A stretch of DNA of 62,254 bases, counting the filler, from Bacteriovoracaceae bacterium (lineage in GTDB: Bacteria > Bdellovibrionota > Bacteriovoracia > Bacteriovoracales > Bacteriovoracaceae), in NCBI GenBank assembly GCA_018649885.1. It is 4 parts of 4 records of this genome, joined end to end, with 100 filler letters (N's around TTAATTAATTAA, not from the genome) between each part and the next. Parts side by side here need not be neighbours in the genome. Positions count along the whole stretch, not along the records: positions 41,949 to 57,712 come from JABIHA010000013.1; positions 57,813 to 62,254 come from JABIHA010000007.1; 2 more parts are not named here. The stretch is one strand, 5' to 3'. This document shows, piece after piece, positions 57,549 to 62,254 of the stretch; within the stretch, counting starts at the first letter, position 1; each line of letters starts with the position of its first letter. The notes beneath the pieces were generated by a model. It searched no databases, had not been told where the DNA came from, and was given only the letters and a program-made list of their open reading frames with translations. Both the position numbers and the translations under genes were made by a program.

Positions 57549-57712
57549 GTGATTCTCTCCTTAGTCTGGCTCAATCCTTTTGAGCCTCGTTAGTCATTTA
57601 TAAACAAATCTTAGATACTAGTTATGCATGTGTACTTGACCTAGGAGATACAAGCAAATGATTTAGTTCTTGAGAATTTCATGACACACATCAGTGCGCA
57701 CAGCAGCCCACC

Positions 57713-57812
57713 NNNNNNNNNNNNNNNNNNNNNNNNNNNNNNNNNNNNNNNNNNNNTTAATTAATTAANNNNNNNNNNNNNNNNNNNNNNNNNNNNNNNN
57801 NNNNNNNNNNNN
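57713..57812. other. Artificial contig linker
   Basis: N44-TTAATTAATTAA-N44. Confidence 0.99.
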
Positions 57813-58135
57813 TACAAGATACACATCTCTATTTTTCCATTTCCAAGCGCTGGCATCTTTCTCAACGCTTTTGCCGGTTTCAAGAGCAATTTGTTTTAGA
57901 GTTTCTTGGCAAAGTTTTTTACGAGCTTTACAAAATGCCGCTGAATTCATTGAGACCAATTTTAATCCATTTTTTAAGCGGCTAAGATTGAAAGCCGACA
58001 ACGCTTCTTTACAAGAACCATTTTTTAGAATTTGTAGCATGAAGCAATGCAGAGTAGAGACAGGGTCAAAGTCTCGAATTCTCAAACAATCGCTCATTAA
58101 AAGATCAATATATTTATGGGGAATAATTTTTTTAG
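57813..58135 (-). mobile_element. IS4-family transposase N-terminal fragment (cut by contig edge; 5' part appears degenerate)
   Basis: R.R.F.P.STL..F..QIL..GSC..A, S.NSAAFCKARKKL, W.WKNRDVYLV leading toward the first catalytic Asp; in-frame TAG just upstream. Confidence 0.78.
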
Positions 58136-58185
58136 ACTAAAAGACTGACTACCAATGATTTTCTTAAGTTAGCAGCATTCTCTCA

Positions 58186-58202
58186 TGGCACCTTTTTTGT
58201 TT
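58186..58202 (+). repeat. 17-bp inverted repeat, left copy
   Basis: TGGCACCTTTTTTGTTT, the exact reverse complement of 61932-61948. Confidence 0.85.
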
Positions 58203-58241
58203 GAATTCAGCTTAGCACCTATTTTCTGGTGGTCTTCCACA

Positions 58242-59252
58242 TTATTTACACGTAATTTTTTCTAGATAAGACTTTCCTAAACGCTCTGAGATTTGCTGTG
58301 ATATCCATTGGATTTTAAGACCAAGAGCTGTAAAAGGAGTAAAAAGACTTGGATCTTCTAAGAAACCGCTGGTTTGGATTCCAATAAGCTCTCCACTAGA
58401 ATTAATTACCATCGCTCCACTCATCCCAGAAATTGAATCTAAATCAGAAATAAAGCCCTGGGATCCAATGAGATAATCTGACATCACCTGATGGATAGGC
58501 AGAATAATCTCAGGGTCGGAAACTCCAAATAATTCAGAAACCCATTGCACATTATCAAAGTTAAAGCCAATATTACCATGGGTAATATACTGTGAAATAC
58601 CATCTGAGTTCTGATTATTGCTACGCCATGCCCTGTCTGGAAAACCAATTGACCATACAGCTTCTTGCTTTTCAGGTTTCGTTAAGCTTACCAGGGGAAT
58701 ACAAGGGTATGATTGATCCTGACTTATAATCTGAAGAAGAATATAGTCTTCATTCTTTTTTAGTGTATGCTCTTTGAAAGTTGGAAGTGGCGAAATATGA
58801 TCCTTTTCATCTCCCATGTAGGTTAAGCGTTCTCCCGATAAAACCACAAGAGCTTTCACTGGTACCAGTGTGTCTTGGGATTGACCCATTAGAAAAGAGA
58901 TATGATTGGGCCTAGTAATCAAAGAGGGGTCCACCTCTAAGGTGGCCATTTCTGTGCCCTGAACACTCTGTGTTTCAAATTTCGCCAGGCCTTTGTCAAC
59001 TAACTGAGATGACAGGCAATGCAGGGCCGTTAAAGCATAACCATCAGGACTTAAAATATTTATACTACACAATTCTCCTGAGGAGGTTTGTATTAAATAG
59101 CTTGAGGATACGGCCTTTTCCAGTACATCCAGAGAAAGGCCATGACCACTGTCAACAACAGGCTTAAAAAAACCTTCTTCTGCATACCCCTTTTGAAGAG
59201 CTAAACTTCCTGCAATAAAAATAATGGCCATTAGGATTCGATTTATTTTCAT
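58242..59252 (-). CDS. Secreted trypsin-like (S1) serine protease
   Basis: LTALHC, EDY, IGFP and DSISGMSGA motifs. Confidence 0.85.
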   Translation of the reverse strand: MKINRILMAIIFIAGSLALQKGYAEEGFFKPVVDSGHGLSLDVLEKAVSSSYLIQTSSGELCSINILSPDGYALTALHCLSSQLVDKGLAKFETQSVQGTEMATLEVDPSLITRPNHISFLMGQSQDTLVPVKALVVLSGERLTYMGDEKDHISPLPTFKEHTLKKNEDYILLQIISQDQSYPCIPLVSLTKPEKQEAVWSIGFPDRAWRSNNQNSDGISQYITHGNIGFNFDNVQWVSELFGVSDPEIILPIHQVMSDYLIGSQGFISDLDSISGMSGAMVINSSGELIGIQTSGFLEDPSLFTPFTALGLKIQWISQQISERLGKSYLEKITCK

Positions 59253-59610
59253 AACATTCCTATAAGCTAACTCTAAGCTGGAATAATTTTAGGGAGATTG
59301 TACCCTTCATTGTCATCAAAAAACAGAGCCCTTGAATTTTTAGTATAGGTAGACTTTAAAATCCTAATAGAGTCTGTGAATTTTTTACACTGCTCTCTAA
59401 TTAATTTCTAAAAGTGATTCTAAGCGTTTCCCATCTCTTGAAACATAACCCGAAATTATTACCACTTGTAGAGACATTTTATGGCAACGATTTTTTTAAA
59501 AAAATCTAAATTCAAAATACTTAGCTAGTCTTCCCTAAGCCAGGTATATAAGAAATTGCCAATTTTAAATTTTCTCTACAAATTTCCAAAAATTATTGTA
59601 TTGTGCGCCA

Positions 59611-61920
59611 ATGAGTCATCAAATTTTTATAGTTAGTCTTTTCAGTTTCGTCTTCCAAGTCATTTCCGCTCATGGAAGTTGCGATCGCCTCTCAATGAAT
59701 GCTGTAAAATTTGTAAAAAATGGCTCATTTAGTAAAAACTTTTCCTCAGCAAAACCAATTGATCTTGTGCCTTTTAAAAGCAGAGAAGAATTACTTGATT
59801 ACTGCTCACATGGAATTAACAATAACTACTGCACAACTGTTATAGCAGACCATAAAATGAAAAAAGTGGGCCCTGACAATAGTAGACTCTATCTGCTAGA
59901 AAATGATCACAAGGCCTACAAAGACCAGTCAAAATTCTACGATCCTTATATTGGAGTATACTTTCCACGTCCATCTCTACATACAAAGTATGTGAGTTCT
60001 TTTACTGGGCAACCAATTTTACTTGAATTTCAAAAAATGAGAAAAAGGATATTAAATCTTCGAAATAACATCCTCGCAGAAAGCGAAAAAAAATACAAAG
60101 AGGCTGATCCTTGTGAACCGATAAGTATTTACCTTGGAACAGAGGGCACTATTGTTGGAGCTGGGCCCATTGCTATTTATGGTGAGAAATTTTTTAACAA
60201 AGACACAAATAGAATAACCACAAATTTTATTACCGCAGATGATGGAAAGATCGGCTTTGTAAAACTTATTTCAAAGGACGCTCTCATTGACAAGGACTAT
60301 TACGATATTGCCCTTGTACACGAGTTAACCCATGGTCTTGTTCAACAGCTCTATGGCATAGATAAAACAAGAGGGCTTCTATCTAAGCACTACTCTACAA
60401 ATGGTCACCTCGCCAGCGTTGTCACCGATCCTGCCTTGGCATGGATTGAGGGGATCTCTATTGGTTTTGAAGCCTACTTGGGAAAATCTAGATTTAGTGA
60501 CCACTACTTTGAAACTGAGTATTGGAGCAAAATTTTTCAAATTATGGGTGATCAGACCTGGATGGACCAAAAAGGTGACAAGGCCTATGCTGTCACCCAG
60601 GCCATAATTAATTCGCAAGAGGCCAATGTCACTATTTTAATAGAAGAGAGACAAAAGGCCATTCGCGAAAATCACTTTCTCACAAAAGGGAGGTTTAATA
60701 ATCTTTCTCATAAATATGATTCTGTATTTCTCGCTATGAGCTATAATGAGGCGAGCTCTATTAGCGAGTGGCACATTGAAAATTTTGATACCATGTACTC
60801 TAAAGAAGGAGTGGTAGGGCATTTGATCTATAAAATTTTAAAACTAGATTTAATCGACGAATTTGTTACGATTATCGTCAAAGATGCTCCTCAAAATTTA
60901 TATGATTTCATGAACGCTTTCGTCGATCGATATTTTGGAACTGAACAATACAAACAATTATTTCCTACACTTTTAGAAATAACCAGTGCCAGAACTTATA
61001 AAGATATAATTGTACCCGCTATTAAGAGTTTCTATGGGCACGAAGATATGAGAAGAGATCTCAAGCAATTGCTTCCATCACATCAATACCAAGAGCTTGA
61101 AAGCAAAAAATTAAAAATTCTTCCTTTTCAAAAGAATCTTTGGATGGAATATAGAACATCCAATGAAATGTCTCACTTAATATCAGGGAAGATGGCCAGG
61201 ATCAACCTCGCCACCGCCACCTATGACCAGATGTTGGAATATGTTGGTTCAGTTTATTTTTACTCTCTGGGAGGACGCTATCTTCTCAAACCCTTTAGTG
61301 AAACAATCAGTGACGGGCTGATAAATTCGGTTCATAGTGTTCTTCTCAAACTCAATGAAGATTGGAACCTTCCTGGGCTGAAACCAGATCCAAAGGAATA
61401 TTATTTCGAATATATCGAATTAGCAGAGATAATAACGAAGAATTTATACAATACCAGAGAAGATTATCTCAAAAAAATTGAAAACGGTGAAATTTCCATA
61501 AATGTTAAAGATCCAGGATCTGAATTAACGGTTGATCAAATAATTGATGATCTAATGGTTAAGTTAGTCTCTGATTGGGGGGATAAATCCTCAAACTCGC
61601 TAGAATATGTACAGCTCATTCCAAAAGTCGTTTGTGAGCTAAAATGGCATATGAAATTATCTCGTGAATGTTTCAATAACCAATGTATGCGAAACCCACT
61701 GGTTTATCGCTCTGAAATGAGTGTATGGTATTCTCCTTACAATGAATTTGAGGGATCTAATAACCCTACCCAATATTGCTTCCAAGCAAATGCCTATGGT
61801 CAATTGTATGGGTATCAAAAAGAAGTGAATACCTATCTCAAAAAAGTGGTTGAAGATTCTGATGATAAAACCCTCAATGACAATCTTACAGAAAAATTCA
61901 ATAAATGGATCAATAAGTAG
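59611..61920 (+). CDS. Secreted zinc metalloprotease-like protein (HExxH, gluzincin-type)
   Basis: Signal peptide, ALVHELTHG, downstream AWIEG; later RINLATAT motif. Confidence 0.65.
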   Translation: MSHQIFIVSLFSFVFQVISAHGSCDRLSMNAVKFVKNGSFSKNFSSAKPIDLVPFKSREELLDYCSHGINNNYCTTVIADHKMKKVGPDNSRLYLLENDHKAYKDQSKFYDPYIGVYFPRPSLHTKYVSSFTGQPILLEFQKMRKRILNLRNNILAESEKKYKEADPCEPISIYLGTEGTIVGAGPIAIYGEKFFNKDTNRITTNFITADDGKIGFVKLISKDALIDKDYYDIALVHELTHGLVQQLYGIDKTRGLLSKHYSTNGHLASVVTDPALAWIEGISIGFEAYLGKSRFSDHYFETEYWSKIFQIMGDQTWMDQKGDKAYAVTQAIINSQEANVTILIEERQKAIRENHFLTKGRFNNLSHKYDSVFLAMSYNEASSISEWHIENFDTMYSKEGVVGHLIYKILKLDLIDEFVTIIVKDAPQNLYDFMNAFVDRYFGTEQYKQLFPTLLEITSARTYKDIIVPAIKSFYGHEDMRRDLKQLLPSHQYQELESKKLKILPFQKNLWMEYRTSNEMSHLISGKMARINLATATYDQMLEYVGSVYFYSLGGRYLLKPFSETISDGLINSVHSVLLKLNEDWNLPGLKPDPKEYYFEYIELAEIITKNLYNTREDYLKKIENGEISINVKDPGSELTVDQIIDDLMVKLVSDWGDKSSNSLEYVQLIPKVVCELKWHMKLSRECFNNQCMRNPLVYRSEMSVWYSPYNEFEGSNNPTQYCFQANAYGQLYGYQKEVNTYLKKVVEDSDDKTLNDNLTEKFNKWINK

Positions 61921-61931
61921 GAAAAAACAAA

Positions 61932-62156
61932 AAACAAAAAAGGTGCCAAAAAAGGTGCCAGAAAAAAGGTGCCAGGGTCAGCGGAAAAAAGGTGCCAGAA
62001 AAAAGGAAAAAAGGTGCCAGGGTCAGTACGGGCTGCGTTGGTTAAAGCGGAAAAAAGGTGCCAAAAAAAGGTGCCAGGGTCAGTACGGGCTGCGTTAGGA
62101 AAAAAGGTGCCAGGAAAAAAGGTGCCAGGGTCAGTACGGGCTGCGTTGGTTAAAGC
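61932..62156 (+). repeat. Array of AAAAAGGTGCCA motifs (9 copies) with variably truncated GGGTCAGTACGGGCTGCGTT extensions (3 full copies)
   Basis: GGTGCCA at 61942, 61954, 61968, 61991, 62013, 62057, 62070, 62106, 62121. Confidence 0.9.
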
Positions 62157-62254
62157 TGGGCAATTGAATCTTCTTTTTTGTTGAGGGGTTTTTTGGAGGT
62201 GAGAATATTTTCTTTTGTAACCCTTTCTTTATGTAGAAATACTCGTTCTCATCA

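Noticed and set aside
61921..62156. Possible CRISPR array; ORFs 61850-62098 and 61969-62184
   Set aside because: No unique spacers, irregular period and no cas genes. The ORFs are just translations of the repeat.

Overview
AT-rich bacterial sequence that looks like a predatory Bdellovibrionota (Bacteriovorax/Halobacteriovorax-like) draft genome or MAG. This is inferred from three TIGR02147/DUF4423-type paralogs, a FecR/beta-barrel protein, many orphan secreted proteins and sigma28-like promoters. The window is four contig pieces (1-20506, 20607-41848, 41949-57712, 57813-62254) joined by artificial 100-nt N/TTAATTAATTAA linkers, so synteny across the linkers means nothing. Recognisable genes include tRNA-Asp(GUC), apt, apaH, a truC-like pseudouridine synthase, clsB-ybhP, Hsp20, NsrR with a group I truncated hemoglobin, a delta-9-type desaturase and CBS/USP proteins. 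The best leads are: (1) an integrase-less 6.8-kb island at the tRNA-Asp 3' end, carrying LysR, a carrier-less NRPS adenylation enzyme, a ferric-reductase/FNR-like membrane flavoprotein and an enoyl-CoA hydratase, resembling a split bacterial version of fungal NPS12-like enzymes; (2) a 3.76-kb two-protease segment bracketed by a perfect 17-bp inverted repeat and followed by a stuttered array of the same motif; (3) an atypical Fic gene between 42-bp direct repeats, next to stacked hairpins and an 11-bp tandem array; (4) two secreted Cys/Lys-rich cationic paralogs with sigma28-like promoters. No CRISPR array or rRNA was seen. All family calls come from motif recognition by eye, not database searches.
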